Shown here: piece after piece, positions 23,401-37,019 of the stretch
Layout of the letters: every line of letters begins with the position of its first letter
How positions within the stretch are numbered: the first letter of the stretch is position 1
NCBI GenBank assembly: GCA_964187785.1
Contig: OZ076416.1
Span: 27,590,001 to 27,654,000 of the forward strand
Length of the DNA: 64,000 nucleotides
Reading direction: 5' to 3'
DNA from: Amphiscolops sp. MND2022
Lineage: Eukaryota
Translations under genes and position numbers: made by a program
Notes under the pieces: generated by a model
Seen by the model: the letters and a program-made list of their open reading frames with translations, nothing else
Database searches by the model: none
What the model was told of the DNA's origin: nothing

Positions 23401-26400
23401 ACAGTACGATAAAAACATCCGTCAAAGCTCCAAATTCAACTTGCGGTGATCGGCATTGCGTCCCAGCTCATGTCGGCAGCAGAAAAGATTAGCACGATCT
23501 AGTTGATAAACTTCTACACACACGTTTTGAAAGTCTGAAAAATGACTGCTAGAAGATTCAAGGGTTAAATTTAGGTCATGATAACCACAACGTCTTTGAA
23601 CTGCATCAAATCGAACATGTCCCTTGCCGTTTGGTACTGATCTCCGATTATATCGCTTTTACCAAAAAAAATTATTTCTCCAAGCCTCATTGTGTGCATG
23701 TGCAAGAAAAGGATCAAAAACCTTTCGAAACTGTTCAATAATTGTTGGAGGATATACTTTCACGCGAACTTTCTGAAAGTCTGCATCGTTCAAATGAGAA
23801 AATTTTCTCCGCAACAGACTGAGAACTGACTTCTCCGTTGCTCTGGCCAAGCTGTCGAGAGATTGGGTCATAACCGAAAATTACACAAGAAGCGATTTCC
23901 ACTGTGAAGCGCAACAAATTTCCCGTGCTTCTGTTTGTAGTCAAACACTTTGATGCGAAGACCGAAAGAACTAATTATCGATATCTATGCAAAATGAAAC
24001 CATCCAAAAGTTGAAGTAAAACTACCATTGGGTGTTTTCTTTGTTTTCACTTCGATGACAGCAGATGAGACCTTCATGACCATCGGAACTGAACACTGTT
24101 ATGGAAAGTTAGAGGAACCAAGCGTGATGCGAAGGTTAATATCGCTTCCAAAACTTGCGGTATCTCAAAATTTCAATGCCATCACTGTCTCGCTGAAGAT
24201 CGGACAATGAAAGTTGTCCAGGTATTGAGAAGGTCTTTTGCAATTTTGGAGCTAGGGAAAAAAGTACGCGAGAATAACATATATGAAGCAGAAACTCTCA
24301 AAAAGTTTTTGATATTAAGCACAGAGTCTTGAATGCCTTCAGGGTTTGCTGCGGTTGACAGATAAGAAATTGCGGCAAGAGATCTTTGGTGACAAAACTT
24401 GATGTCGAACGATGAAAGCTTTTGAATCCAACGTAAACTGCCAGAACAGAAGACGTTGAGTTGTCACAAAATTTGGATAATCAAGTCGTCAAACTCTGCG
24501 TTGTCGATCGACTCACCAGCACCCACCAAACGTGATCGAGTGAAAAACGTCGGGTGATAGAGATTTTTGGGTACAAGGATCCGATAATACAACCTGCAAA
24601 CACAGTCCAACGCGGGATATTCCTTGATTGGTTGTTTTCTGGTCAATCAAAGGTCCCAGATTGGATCGATTACTCCAAAATAGGCCAATGCATCCCCACT
24701 TTCAGTTTGAACATCTAGTCAGAATCTTTCGAAAAATTTTTTGAAGACTTCAAGGATGACACTGGTTTGAAACTCTGCGGAATAGACGCTCAATTGACTT
24801 ATGCTGTAGTTATCGTTTTGGATTCAACAAGGCGTTCCTTCCTAATTTCGGCATGGAGATAGAACTTGTTTCCAGAAACTTTGAGCATGCATTACACTGA
24901 ATGCTTTCTCAACAGTCCGGACAAGGAAAAATTGTGCGGTGAGTAAAAATGAACGTCTTATGATGGGTGAACGTAAGGAAGCTTTTCCAAAAACCACGAA
25001 AAAAAAACAAAGAAGTTCTTTTAGAAACACGCCAGAAAGATTTTAGTTTTCACCGATCATTCGAGTGGACGATAGAGAAGTAGGTTATTCAAATACATGA
25101 CTATCATTCAGAAGCTAAAGTGGAAAAGACTTTCATCTTTGTTAATTTGATAGTAAGATGAATTCCGAGGTTCATTAAAGTAGCACGAAAGTCAGGTTAT
25201 CAAGGTTCATTGAAGAAGAGAGACAACTGAAGAGAAAGAGTTTGAAGTCAGACATTATCGACATCAACTTAAAGTGACATTTCAAATTTAATTACTTCTA
25301 GTCGGGACATGAAGAGATTCTTAGTTGTGTTTGTTCGATAGGGAGAATATTGTTTGGGTTCGTTGTTGAAGTTGAGATGAAGTCAGTTTACCGGTGCTAA
25401 GTACCTTTTCTGAACAATATGTGAAACAACTTTAACTTTAATAAAATGAACTTCGACAAACTTTGCTGTTTTGGTGTCTGTGACAAAAACGGTTTTCAAA
25501 AAATTTGAAAGTTGAAGCGAGTAATAACAAAAGTCGGTTTTGAATGAGAACAAAAGAAGCACGGTTGAAATATATCTTCATTCAAGATCCTGCTGAAAAA
25601 TACGACCAATGCTCATTTTTGAAATTCTGCATCGTTGAAGTCATGAGTTCCCAAATCATCAAACATTATTTAGTTAAAAATATTTCGTGAATCATGAGTG
25701 GTTACGGTCCGTGAAACGCAAAAACTCGGCCAAGACAGCACCATCGAAATTAAAGTTCTGAAAGAGCGAGTGGACGAATTTGGGAAGAAGCTGGCGGAGT
25801 GATTTACACCGAGGCTTCTTTACCTGAGAAGGCATTCACGAAACCCATGAAAATCAGTTGGACTATAATTTCCATCAGAATGGTAGGCAACGGTGAAGTG
25901 CCTCAGGAATGCTGAACCCGCCCCCCCCCTCCGGTCAGGACGCAGGGCACCGTATTGAATTCCGTTTCACGTCAACATTTTTCTTCAAATTTGGTAAGCA
26001 GAAATATCTTACCTAGGAATCTTATTGGTCAAAGAAAGGGGTCATAGTGAAACTATCATTCAATCGACTTTGAAAGATTCAGGGAAACAACTCTTTTGGA
26101 TCACCAGACGATGAAGACATCAAGATGCGTGATGACTTCGGTTATTATCAAATAATTTGTTTCAATTCGATAAACTGCTCTCTTTTCATGTTTAGGAGAG
26201 AAGCCAGCTTCCAGGGCGTCGGTGAATTTTGACAACTCGAACGTACATACGATGAAGAATCTGAAGAAGAGTGTAACTATGAAGGCCTTCCATTTGGAGC
26301 CCGCTTGGTCACAATTCAGTCGAGTGGGCAACTGATTACGCAGCATCATTGTGAGATGAAACTAATGATTAGGGTGTGATTTGGATTGAAAAGCATTTCC

Positions 26401-28300
26401 TTCGGATGAGCCAACGAGAGAACGCTTCAAGAAGGAAGACCGACACTTGTCACTTTTGATAGCTGTGACTTCGAAGCGCTACAAAAAGACAGGACTTTCT
26501 TCCTCACAACTGCCAAAGAAGACAGCCCTCACTGAAGAGACTTCGATGACGCCTGTAGCTGATGCCCCCAAAGAAGCCTAGGAAGTAAAGAAATCACTAA
26601 CTAAGATACTGATGACAGAAACTAATAGTATACATAGAATCAAAGTGTTTTTTAAAGAAAAATCAGTGTATATTTTTTGTCGTTACATCACCTTAAACTT
26701 TTGCTTCCAGTTTGCAAATAATGCATTAGGTTTGAAAAATTCAGTAATTACATTAAGTTTTAAAGGTAGCTCGAAGAAAAAAGAAAATGATGTTGAGAGT
26801 GGGTTTTCCGAACGACTGCGATCAGATTCGATCCTCGTTCAAAAAAAATCAAACTTTCGAATTCAACAAAAGATGAAAATTGAGGGACAGAAATGTCCGA
26901 AGGTCGAATTTTTTTCTACTTCCAAAATTTGTTTCAGTAGAACCCCTTGCTCCAAGGTCTGCTAATCTTGTCGCGCCTTCGCGCTATTTCTTGCGGCCCA
27001 GAGTTAAGACTCACATGAGTTCCATCGTGGTCTAGATCACTAGAGTATAAGCGTACTGATTTAGAATGAAATTGAAAGACTATAATCAGCTGAGTGGAGA
27101 ATTATAAAGAACGATGAAAGCAGTATTCCGATTGAGAAACATCAAGTACATCAAGCACAATGAAGTTGTCAATACAATTCACAGTTCGTTGACATTGAGT
27201 AACTTTAGGGTTGAATTAAAGCAGCACGGCTTTTGAAGCGTTCCAAAACAGGTAGCATTGTAAAGAATCCAACATTGGAAAGAAAAATTAGTAGTTACAA
27301 TGTACATCGCAAATTCGAACTTGTATAAAATGGAGTAACTTCAACGTTAGGCGGAATTTTACAAAGTTTTTTTAAGAAAAACGATAGGGAGAAACAAAAT
27401 AATACGATTACCCTTACTAGCGTTTAATACTGAAACATTCTATCAGATTCAAAATTGTCGAATACATCTTCTGTCTGAGAGTAAAACTTAAATCGACAAC
27501 CTTTTTGTTTCCAGCTGGGGTTTACGGTCAAACTCAAATCCAACAGGCATTCACTGGTAAACACTCCTTTGAATATTGATCAGTTGTAAGTTAACCGAGT
27601 TGTTGTTTTGGCTTTATCTCAATTCTCGCAAAATGTAGGTTTCTGAAGGGTACTTTCAATTTCACCTCTACGGGGTCTTTGCGGAGCGGACCATAGTTGA
27701 AGAGAAGGCCTCTTGGTGTTTTACTTATCTCTATCTACGTTTTTTGGAAGTCTTGGCAAATGGGACTGTTTTGATTCATGGCAGCTGCCAACACCGTAGG
27801 GTCTAACAATGTTCACTGCCATTGATTCATTTTGTACTGGGTGCTTGTTTTCTGGGCATCACTTTCTCGATGAATCATGTTCGTAAGTTTTATTCACTGG
27901 AGCAGACTGTCCCATTGAAATCGTTGAAAGTTTTGAAAGACCTTGGGCATGTTGAGTTTTTTGAGTTCAACTTTGAGTATGGTACGAGTTTGAGCAGCCT
28001 AACAAAAAGGAATTCTCGAATTTAATTCAAGAACAACCAAGTCTACTGCAAACAGAATTAATTGCACAAACACTCTACAATATCCCGCAAAACAACAATT
28101 TCACCAAGGGAGCCAAGATTGGCTACATGCAACTATGCTGGTGCCACCCAATCGCGAGGGCCAGTTCGAGATCTTGAGAACGGCCTTTTCAAGCTTGTAG
28201 ATCATTCTTTGCAACATAAAGTCCTCAACTTTAAAAACATCCTTTTCCTAGGTATTGCACCACTTCACGTACAACCCTGAATAAAGTTCCAACATGAAGT
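17450..28300 (-). pseudogene. Decayed fibronectin type III repeat-rich gene relic, interrupted by repeats
   Basis: Manual minus-strand translation gives FN3-like motifs: TLEGLVPGIVY*ATV (~21100), LPKNVDRDK.NTKRPSLQLWSAP (~27700), RFEVTAIKSD (~26470), and a ~180-codon stretch with 2 stops (~24200-24730). Stop density is near random elsewhere. Confidence 0.4.
22260..22820. repeat. Three tandem ~189-bp units
   Basis: Unit start CCTGATAGA at ~22261, 22450 and 22638, with shared CCCAGGAGTCCT(C/T)GTTATGCAAAA and TTGATGATTCTCA blocks. Confidence 0.9.
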
Positions 28301-28514
28301 TATTTTATTTCTTGTTTGCTTTGGTCAATGGTAACTAACAAATTACACTTTCACTTCGAAATTTTTTTTTCACTCTACGATTCAATTGTGAATTCTAGCA
28401 ATGTCTAAGCAATTCTCTCTTCAACGAAGAACTTCCCCTCAAAAATATCTGTCAAAAACAACACTTTGAAGATCATCATGATAAAATTTTTTGTATATTC
28501 ACTAAAGTACTACC

Positions 28515-29603
28515 CAGGGTTGGTCATGTTTTAAAACATGTTTTAAAACATGGCAATAAAAAACGTTTTAAAACAGTCATAAAAAACAATTGTTCTTTTT
28601 GTTTGGTCAATAATAATCTTAGTGTAATTTTGCATCCGGTTCAAACTTTGATAAGTACATTTTGCAGGCTTTTGCAGCTCAATAATTTTTCAGAGAGTAA
28701 TGGGTCGCAATAAACAGGAGATTTGGGCGTTTTTTTACTGAGAAAAAGAGCGACGACGGTACAATTAGAGCTGAATGCGACAGGATATTAAAAACGTGCC
28801 ACGACCTCCTCTACCGGTGGAAACGAGATGGAATTCTGTACATTAGTTAGTGGACTACTTTGCAAAAAACTGGTCAGAAATTGCTTGCATAACTAACTCT
28901 ACTTTGAAATCAAATGAAAATGTCTACCGTTTCATGCAAGACATACAACTTAAACCTGCAGCGATATCATCAATTCTGCTTTAAACAAAATTCAGCGTGA
29001 CGACTGCTGGCTGCAAACCTACTTGACCATCGATTTTTCGGGAGAAATATGATGCCGGTTGAAAGTAACAAAAGCCAAAAATTTTATCAAAGCAATAGAA
29101 CCTGGCTTAACACCCGAGTTAACTTTGTATATAGCAAAAGAATCTCCCTATGTACCCAATTTATTTGACGAGAATAATCCACATGTTCGTCCGACGGCGT
29201 GGTGGAAAAGTGGGGCGAGAATCGAATTCTCCGACCAATTGGTTACTATCGCCCTTTCTCTTGTTACAGCGGTTGGTTCGTCTCGTCAGCTGGTCTGGAG
29301 ACATTTCTCGACTTTAGGAAAGACTTTAGGAAAGCTGAGAAATCAACTCGGCCATGAAAAAGCGGGACAACTTGCATTTTGCTACCGACAGTTAAACGAA
29401 AACAATTAATTGTTGCTTTATCTGTCAATATGTAACAAAAAAGTGTAACTTGCTTCGATAAAAATTGAAGTTTTTGAAATAAATGTGTTTTCCGTAGGAA
29501 AAATAATAAAAAACAGTAAAAAACATAAAAAAAACATGTTTTTTTGCATAAAAAACTGTTTGTTTGTTTTTTACGATGAAAAACATCAAATCGACCAACC
29601 CTG
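28515..29603 (+). mobile_element. Internally deleted hAT DNA transposon
   Basis: TIRs CAGGGTTGGTC/GACCAACCCTG; 8-bp TSD GTACTACC/GTATTACC; BED-finger-like start (MGRNKQEIWAFF..AEC); hAT dimerisation domain (AWWKSG...RHFSTLG..LRNQLGHEKAGQLAFCY). Confidence 0.92.
28700..29409 (+). pseudogene. hAT transposase remnant (BED finger plus C-terminal dimerisation domain; catalytic core deleted)
   Basis: ORF 29059-29409 plus manual translation from ~28700. Confidence 0.85.
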
Positions 29604-29812
29604 GTATTACCACTAACTTATTCTCGAACCAAATGCCAACAGGTCTTTTTTTCAGCACGAGACTCCAAAAGCTTCACGGTAGTTCAATGCTACGAGACTA
29701 TGCATTGTAACTCGCGACTGATGCAAAAGACTCGAACACACGAACGGCAGGAATTTTGCCAGAGACACAACCCAACGTTTAGTCACATTGACTTTCACTC
29801 TCATTCTTTCTT

Positions 29813-29944
29813 NNNNNNNNNNNNNNNNNNNNNNNNNNNNNNNNNNNNNNNNNNNNNNNNNNNNNNNNNNNNNNNNNNNNNNNNNNNNNNNNNNNNNNNN
29901 NNNNNNNNNNNNNNNNNNNNNNNNNNNNNNNNNNNNNNNNNNNN
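29813..29944. other. Assembly gap (N run)
   Basis: About 132 Ns. Confidence 1.
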
Positions 29945-32304
29945 TAGAACGAGATCGATCACCTTTTATGGTGTGGTCTTTTCCTCCCCCACTGAATTAT
30001 TTTTTCGGCTGACAGTTTTCCTGTAAGGAACTAGTAGAGCGGATTGCTTTTGGTACAATTGCAGAAAACCGCTTGTTTGAGAGTTTGCGGAAGAGAAACA
30101 CTTTCCCAGAAAACATTAGGAGCCTCTCGCCAGTCACAAGCAAAATGAAATTGTTTGCAGACAATCGTTTCGTTCAACCAAAAAGTACGGTACTTTCTGA
30201 CGGTTTCCCAGAATGTCTTCGTCTTAATTCATTGTTTTTTTTTCGTTGAAATGTTTGGGAAAAAACATCAAAGTTACCGGTTTGTCCTTATCAAGACATA
30301 TTTCGAAAGACTCATTTTGATATTCCCGGATCTTTTGATATTTTGATTTCCGGAATGTGCTGACACATATCTTTTATTGTGTCCGCATAGTCGGGCGGTT
30401 TTCACTCGGTTTACTTTTTCAATTTTGAACTGCTTGCGTTATTGGGCATCAGATTTTATCCGGTTAACTTTCGTAGTTTCCTCAGGCAGAAAAGATGCTT
30501 CGATTGACCTAAAACAGTTATCAAGAGATTTAGTAAAATGAGATTAACTTTTGCTTGTTTTCACGATTTGGGTTTGAGATCCCTAACACAATAGGGACAT
30601 TTTCTCACAGGTAAATTATTCCCAGTACATAAACAATTGAAATATCTCGACGTTTTCTAGATATGGGTTTGAGTTATTGTCTGAATAAATATTCTTTTTG
30701 CCTTTGTTGAGAACGCTTTCATCGAAATCTAGTTAGGTGTAATTTCATCTGATAGTATGTAGGCACTTAGGTAATTTTACCAATCTTGGTTTACAAGAAG
30801 GTTGCTTCTGAACGTGACCGTGATAACCCTGATAATGATTCACATTGATAAGATTTTTATCTACTAATTTTGTAATCCGTCCGACAAACTGGTACGACCA
30901 GAGAGGTGAACTTGATATTATCTTATTACCAAAGATAAATGATTGATCTTTCATAATCCCTACTCATCAGAATTAGAATACCTACATGCTGGCTTCGATT
31001 GATTTCTTCTTCTGTCTCAACGTTTCTACAAAATTGACAGAGCAACCTCAAACCGGACACTCATTCGCAAAAGAGCACGAATAATTTCTCCAAAACGGCC
31101 TACAATACGTCCCAAATGCAGCGGACGGTGCACAGCCCTCCTTCCGTCTGAGTTCATGACTTCCATGGGATACTCCACGCTACCAGGAACCCCATTCATT
31201 TGCTGGTCAACCGGGGAAAAGACACCCGTAACCAAACTCACCCCGCATTGTTCGGGCCAGAGCAGGCTATTCTATTAGAAGGCCCAAATCATGGCTTTTA
31301 TAAAAAAATCAGTTTATACTTAACCCTCCAAAAAGAGGGACTCTTCACCCAAAGGAAGTCCAGTTGCCTCATCTCGCAAGAAGCAGAACCAGAAGGATCA
31401 GCCACCAAGATAGAAAGCTGGGCAACTGGCTTCACCGGAGAAGATAGAGGGCCCCCACGAGACGTCCCTACAGAATCCGAAGGCCATCAAAAGACATGGA
31501 AGCTTCTACATACTCATCAATAGAGGATTCCTCATAATAGTTCTCAACTTGGGACGAAAACTTCGCCAAGCTTCCATTCCGACAAAAAAGCAGCAGTTGT
31601 TCTAGTCATGCCAACCTCTTATGTACATTTTAACATAAGATTTCTATTTATTTTGGTATGAAGACTCAAATACTTCAATCGTTCCATCGTCGTATGAACT
31701 ATCTTTCATGTTTATCAAAAGATTTTACCAGCTCGTTTTGGTTGTCTTCGTGTTTTGTGTTTTCAGAAGCAATGCAATGACGGAGGAAGCCACTCTAGGA
31801 TTGTTTATGTCTGACGAACAACATCAAGTGACACACCACCTCAGATGGTATGTATGTTCAAAATACCTCATCACAAATCACTAAGCTTCAAAGAAACTAA
31901 GGTTCTCAGAACTCTATTATTTGAGCCTTTGCAATCTTAAGAGACACAAAGAAAAGTATAACTGCATACTCGAATCACCCATATACACAGTGCTAGAGAG
32001 TTTGTAACTGTACACCTGCAGTAGAGGTTGCAGTAGTTTTCTCACAAACAAAATCAGTCATTTGATGTCCTTCCACTCAGTTTAACCGTTTCAGTCTCTT
32101 TCGTAACAAATGCAATTTCTTGTCTCACTTTCAGCCAGCCATCAACTGAAGGGCGAGTTCCTTGACTAAATAAGGAAAGGTAGCCTCTATTCCGGTAGTC
32201 AAGCTTTCAGCGACATCTAATCCTAAGACGACAGCAATGGTCGAAGTTTCTTTTCTTTCAAATTTATCAGTAGTGAGCCTGCTACTAAAAAAAGTCAGCC
32301 TCCG

Positions 32305-32455
32305 CCCAGTTTAACGTGAACTCGTCTGCTGGTTTGTTTTTTAACCTTTTCTGCAGTAGTGAGACTACATGGTTTACCATGAGACTACCCAGTTTAACGT
32401 GAACTTGTCTGCTGGTTTGTTTTTTAACCTTTTCTGCAGAAGTGAGACTACATGG
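32305..32455. repeat. Direct repeat, ~68-bp unit with period 83
   Basis: CCCAGTTTAACGTGAACT(C/T)GTCTGCTGGTTTG...GTGAGACTACATGG occurs twice. Confidence 0.85.
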
Positions 32456-34040
32456 AAACGTTAGTCTCCGTTCAGTCACGTCAACTGATGGCCAATTTTG
32501 ATATAACGGTTTCCCTATAAAGTGTGGTGAGGTTTCTACAACAAACTTTGAGCTACGCTTCGTGCAGTTCTTACGTTGGGTCTGCCGGTCTGATTGTGCG
32601 GATTGCCTTTTTACAGGTTTACCACAGATCTTACCATATTAACTAAAATAAATGAATTTTTCCTGGCTACTTTTTGAAGCTGATTCAAAGCTGAACCCCT
32701 ATCTTTTTCCTTGATGGCTGACCATTCGATAAATGAACGTCTACATAATTAATTCTTTATACTCCAATTTCACGCCTTTAGTTGTCAAACAATGATCGTC
32801 TCCAAATACCTTTAGTTTCAACGATACTGGGGCGAAGTGACACTGGGTAAAATTCATGCACTTAACCTTTCAGAGCAATGTAATGTTGCTGCGGAAAAAC
32901 TGAAGGTTGTTCGTGCGACTGTAATAGTTGACTCGCGAAACTTCCGCTGAACTTTTGACGCTACTAAGCGCCGCGTGAAACCTCAAATTGGACAATGGCG
33001 TTGAGATTATTTTGATTTTTTTTCAGTTTGTCATTCCTACAGAACGAAATCAGAAGCAATCGTTCTCTCTCACCTAAAACATATAAGGCATTCGGTTTGA
33101 GAGTTTGGATGGTCTTCAATACCCACATACTCGCAACGAGTGTAGACATGTCGTTATATCAAACGTTAAACAATTGAATCGCATATCATAGACGCTGAAA
33201 AAGTAGTCAAAATTTGCGACAAAATGGTCATGGTCCGTTTCAGATAAGTCAATTCGGCCCTCAAGAACACCTTCGCTGCGAAACAACGTCACGGGAAGCA
33301 TACGCCTACGTCACATGGACTGAACACAAAAACTCCGTTTTTCAACACACACAGGAACGAAAAGGTGAAGACGAGTAAACACGGTTCCAACTTTTACATC
33401 ACCACGGGAGTTAACTCGACAACAAAGTTCAGCTTTGACGTACAAAGCAGACCAAAAAGGTACTGCAACAAATCCGAAGTTGTATATCCAACGAACTAGG
33501 AATTCCTGTTCGTTCCGATCCAACTCGATGGCTTCGACATGACATCATGCAGGCGAATAGGCTTGGATAAATCCCTTTTCGCTTTTTTTCCAAACATCAA
33601 TATTCTCTGGAAGATGGTTTTTTACTGGATGAGTCCACCAATTCAAAGAACCAAGCGACTCTAACTCTAAACACCCCATTACCTCAACATGTATTACGAG
33701 TTACCCAAAGGACAAAGCTAAAGTATCACTTCTTTGAAAGAATTCGCCACTTAGTGGCTTCCGAAATCCAGTTCCTCTAAGCTCCTAAATCTGAACAGAA
33801 ACGTAGTCAAGTCCTCACCACCTTGACGTTATCGTCAGAAGATTCGCGACTCGTTAGATAGATAATCATTGGAAATTGTTCTTTGTACCGAAAGACCAAC
33901 GTTAGCGTGGCTTGGCTATATCACTATCTAGAATCCAACTCAACTCTGCGAACGATGGATGAAGTATACGCCTGTACTCCCATGCTCGTATGTCGCTGTG
34001 AAAGCAATTTTTTGCCGGGACTATCCTGATGCGAAGGTGC

Positions 34041-34125
34041 ACAAGATCCCCTTCCACTTGGACATGGAATACAACGGTTAATCACAAGAACCCCTTCCAC
34101 TGGGACATGAAATACAACGGTTAAT
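34041..34125. repeat. ~42-bp tandem duplication
   Basis: CCCCTTCCACT(T/G)GGACATG(G/A)AATACAACGGTTAAT occurs twice. Confidence 0.85.
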
Positions 34126-35989
34126 AATTTATACCTATTCAATCCCCCGACCATTGAGACAAATCCAAAAAGTTTGAGACTTTCATTCAAGGATAAATTT
34201 TTTACAAAGGATCACAAGAATTTGGAACGCCACCCCTAAACCACTGTTTGAATTCGCGGAGAAATTCTTTCATAGTGCAATGTCACGCAATGAACCTGAC
34301 ACGTTTCCAAGAGTACTCATCGTACCCTCCATAATCCACATGTTTCACTTATTACGCACCTTGTACAATTTTTTATGAAGACAGCGTGATATCGCCTGAC
34401 TTTTTTTCAAAATTAAAAGCCTCGAGACTTTCAGAAGTGTCTTGGGTTGTGTCGAATGTATTCGTTTCGCGCTTTTCCTTGCTTTCTTTCCTACAAAAAT
34501 TACCATTGAAGTTACCGTTCTAGCAATCCGTTAACCTGAAGTACGTTACCTTATCGGAAAAATGCCGGTTTTCACTTCTCAGCTTCGAATAATCTCTTTT
34601 TTTTTTACCTCCATGGTAAATTTCGACATCACCCCTGGTTCTCCTAACATGGCTAGATCCAGAGATGACGACGGACAAGAAAAAATTCAAATTATAAAAC
34701 CTAAAAGGATTTTTGTTTAAGTTGTATGAATCTCCAAGATGATTGGAAACTTAGTCAACAGCAGCGTTTTCACTTTTTGCATCTCAAGCTCAACACATTG
34801 ATTCAATCTACTAGTCAGACTCTCGATAATCAATAAAGCTACGTTTGTTATATTTATCGAAAACCTATATAAGGAATTTTAGAAAAATGAAGAATGGTTA
34901 AGCGTCAAACGTTGAAACAAATTTACGATAAGAAACAAAATTTTGTGATCAAACATATCAAAATAGGTGTTGTCGGGTTCGACAATCTTAGGTTAACCCA
35001 CTGTCGGGGCTCGACAGTAAAATATCCATAGTAAATAGGCAATTGTCGTGTTTCGACGGATCGCATTGGGAAAAGATAAAAACTTTCAGAAAACCGCGGG
35101 CGTCGCCAAACTATGAAAAAGATATAGGGTATATGAGCGATATGAGAAGTTGGGCATTTGCTCATTGCCTTTTTTCAAGTTCACTGAGCTATACCTCACA
35201 CTTAAAACTTCCACGAAATGAAATAAACACATCTTCAAAACATTAAATTATTTCTTTTCAAATCTACGTTTTCATATAGAGGACGTTACAGTGATGACAA
35301 GGATTCTGAAACCCATAAATCGCAAAATCTCAAAAATCATCATCCGAAAAATTCTTCGCCGAATTTCTTTGCTGTCTTCAAAAGTGCTCTTCAACGACTA
35401 GGCATTCCAAATTGTGCGAGACCCGAGACTACGATCCAGGCAACGAAAGTAGGTAATTTTTGGACTCTACGTAGTGGAAATACCGTAAGTCTCAGAGTCG
35501 ACTTAAGATTATAGAAAATTTGGTATTCATATCTTTCTCAAAGGTGTTTTAGTTATACTCTTACAAAACAAAAACGAGACCGCAAAACAACCAATCAAAT
35601 TAAACTACAATTGGTAACGCCACCATTTGTTGGGACCGGCTACAATCAGAAGTCACGAAGTAAGAGCAACAGAATTATTGGATAGGGTAGATTTAAAACT
35701 AAATCCAAAACTTGAAGAAAACCATAGTTTCTCATTCTTCAGTTTGTCATAAATAGTTAATCAGAGAGCACCAAGATACGACTACACAGTGCGAGTCACG
35801 CAAAGTGAAAATACAAACTGGGTCAGGAAATGAATAAAGACTAATAACAAATTTAATTTGAATTCTATCTCGAAAAGGAATCAGTGGGTTTCATTGATTC
35901 CATTAAACACAGCTAGCTCTTGTTAGTGCGTCACTTTCGTGGAGCTAGTTGAAAGCGAAAAAAAACCAAAGTAACACAACAAATTAAAT

Positions 35990-36900
35990 AAAGCGTCGGG
36001 ACAGTCTCACTACATGGCAGGCCAGTCACCCTTTTTAGCAAGTATCAATGGACGTCATGGGACCTCGTCCTGACTCTCAAGGTTGTAGATACATTTCCCT
36101 GATTGGCGATCAATTCAGTAGGTGGTATTAGGCCGTGGTAATGTCGAATCAAGAAGCCAAAGCAGTTGCCGAAGTTCTAGTTGAGAAATGGATCACACTT
36201 TTCAGGTGCCCTGTCAATCTTCATAGTGATAAAGGAACGAAAATCATGTCAGAGTTATTTCGAAAACTTTGTCGTATTTTGAGTATACAAAGAACGTCAA
36301 CAACATCGTTTCATCCGGAAGAAAATTCATTGACTGAGCGAACCAACAGGACATTGGAGGAAAGCATTTCTAAATATGTGAGTGAACATCAGCATGACTG
36401 GAAAAACTACCTGCAATTGGTAATGATGGCCTACCGTTCCTCGGTACACGCACGCAGTAACAAAGTATAGTCCTGCATACGTCATATTTGGGACACCACT
36501 AAAACTGCCAGTTGCTTGTATGTACGAGACGCGTGGTACAGAGTCATTCCCAACACCCAGGGTTTTCATATTTAAAACAAGGCGTGAGCTAGACAAAGCA
36601 CATCATTGGATCAAGATTTAGATGGAAGTAGAACAACCTAGACAGAAAACCTACTACGACTACCGCGCATATGAGCCCTCGTACCGAGAAGGACAACAAG
36701 TTCTTGTCTTTTTCCCAACAGTAAAAGAGGGAGAAACAAGAAAGTTCACAACTCTCTACAAAGGACCTTACACAATTGTTGAAATTCGTAACGACCTGAA
36801 TTTTTGGTCTGTCATGATGAAACAAAGAAAGTTATTAAAGTGCATTACGATAGATTGAAACAACATAGGTGTAGGGAGCAAACTTCTGTCAGAAATAACG
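35990..36900 (+). pseudogene. Gypsy integrase (rve plus GPY/F)
   Basis: MDVMGP...IGDQFSRWY; LHSDKG; YHP-like SFHP..N.LTERTNRTLE; LVMMAYRSSVH; KFTTLYKGPYTIVE; VHYDRLK. Confidence 0.92.
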
Positions 36901-37019
36901 AAACTAGGAGACAAAGAGAGTTAGATGGAGGAAAAATCATTCGTCGAAAGAAAATTTTCAGAATGAAAACCCTGACACAGCTGATCCACACAATGATGCC
37001 ATAACCGTTGAACAAGATC

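Larger units (their letters stand above)
30750..34250 (-). pseudogene. Second decayed FN3-like coding relic
   Basis: EQEFLVRWIY...LHLFVPVCVEKRSFCVQS, HFVANFDYFFSVYD and TVVFHVPVEGVL resemble FN3 strands. Weak support. Confidence 0.3.

Noticed and set aside
29700-30026. ORFs spanning N runs (also 42276-42712)
   Set aside because: They are artefacts of assembly gaps.
35611-35985. Possible minus-strand LTR end plus PBS (…CCCAACA-AA-TGGTGGCG)
   Set aside because: There is no partner LTR or adjacent gag evidence, and its orientation is opposite to the neighbouring Gypsy integrase.
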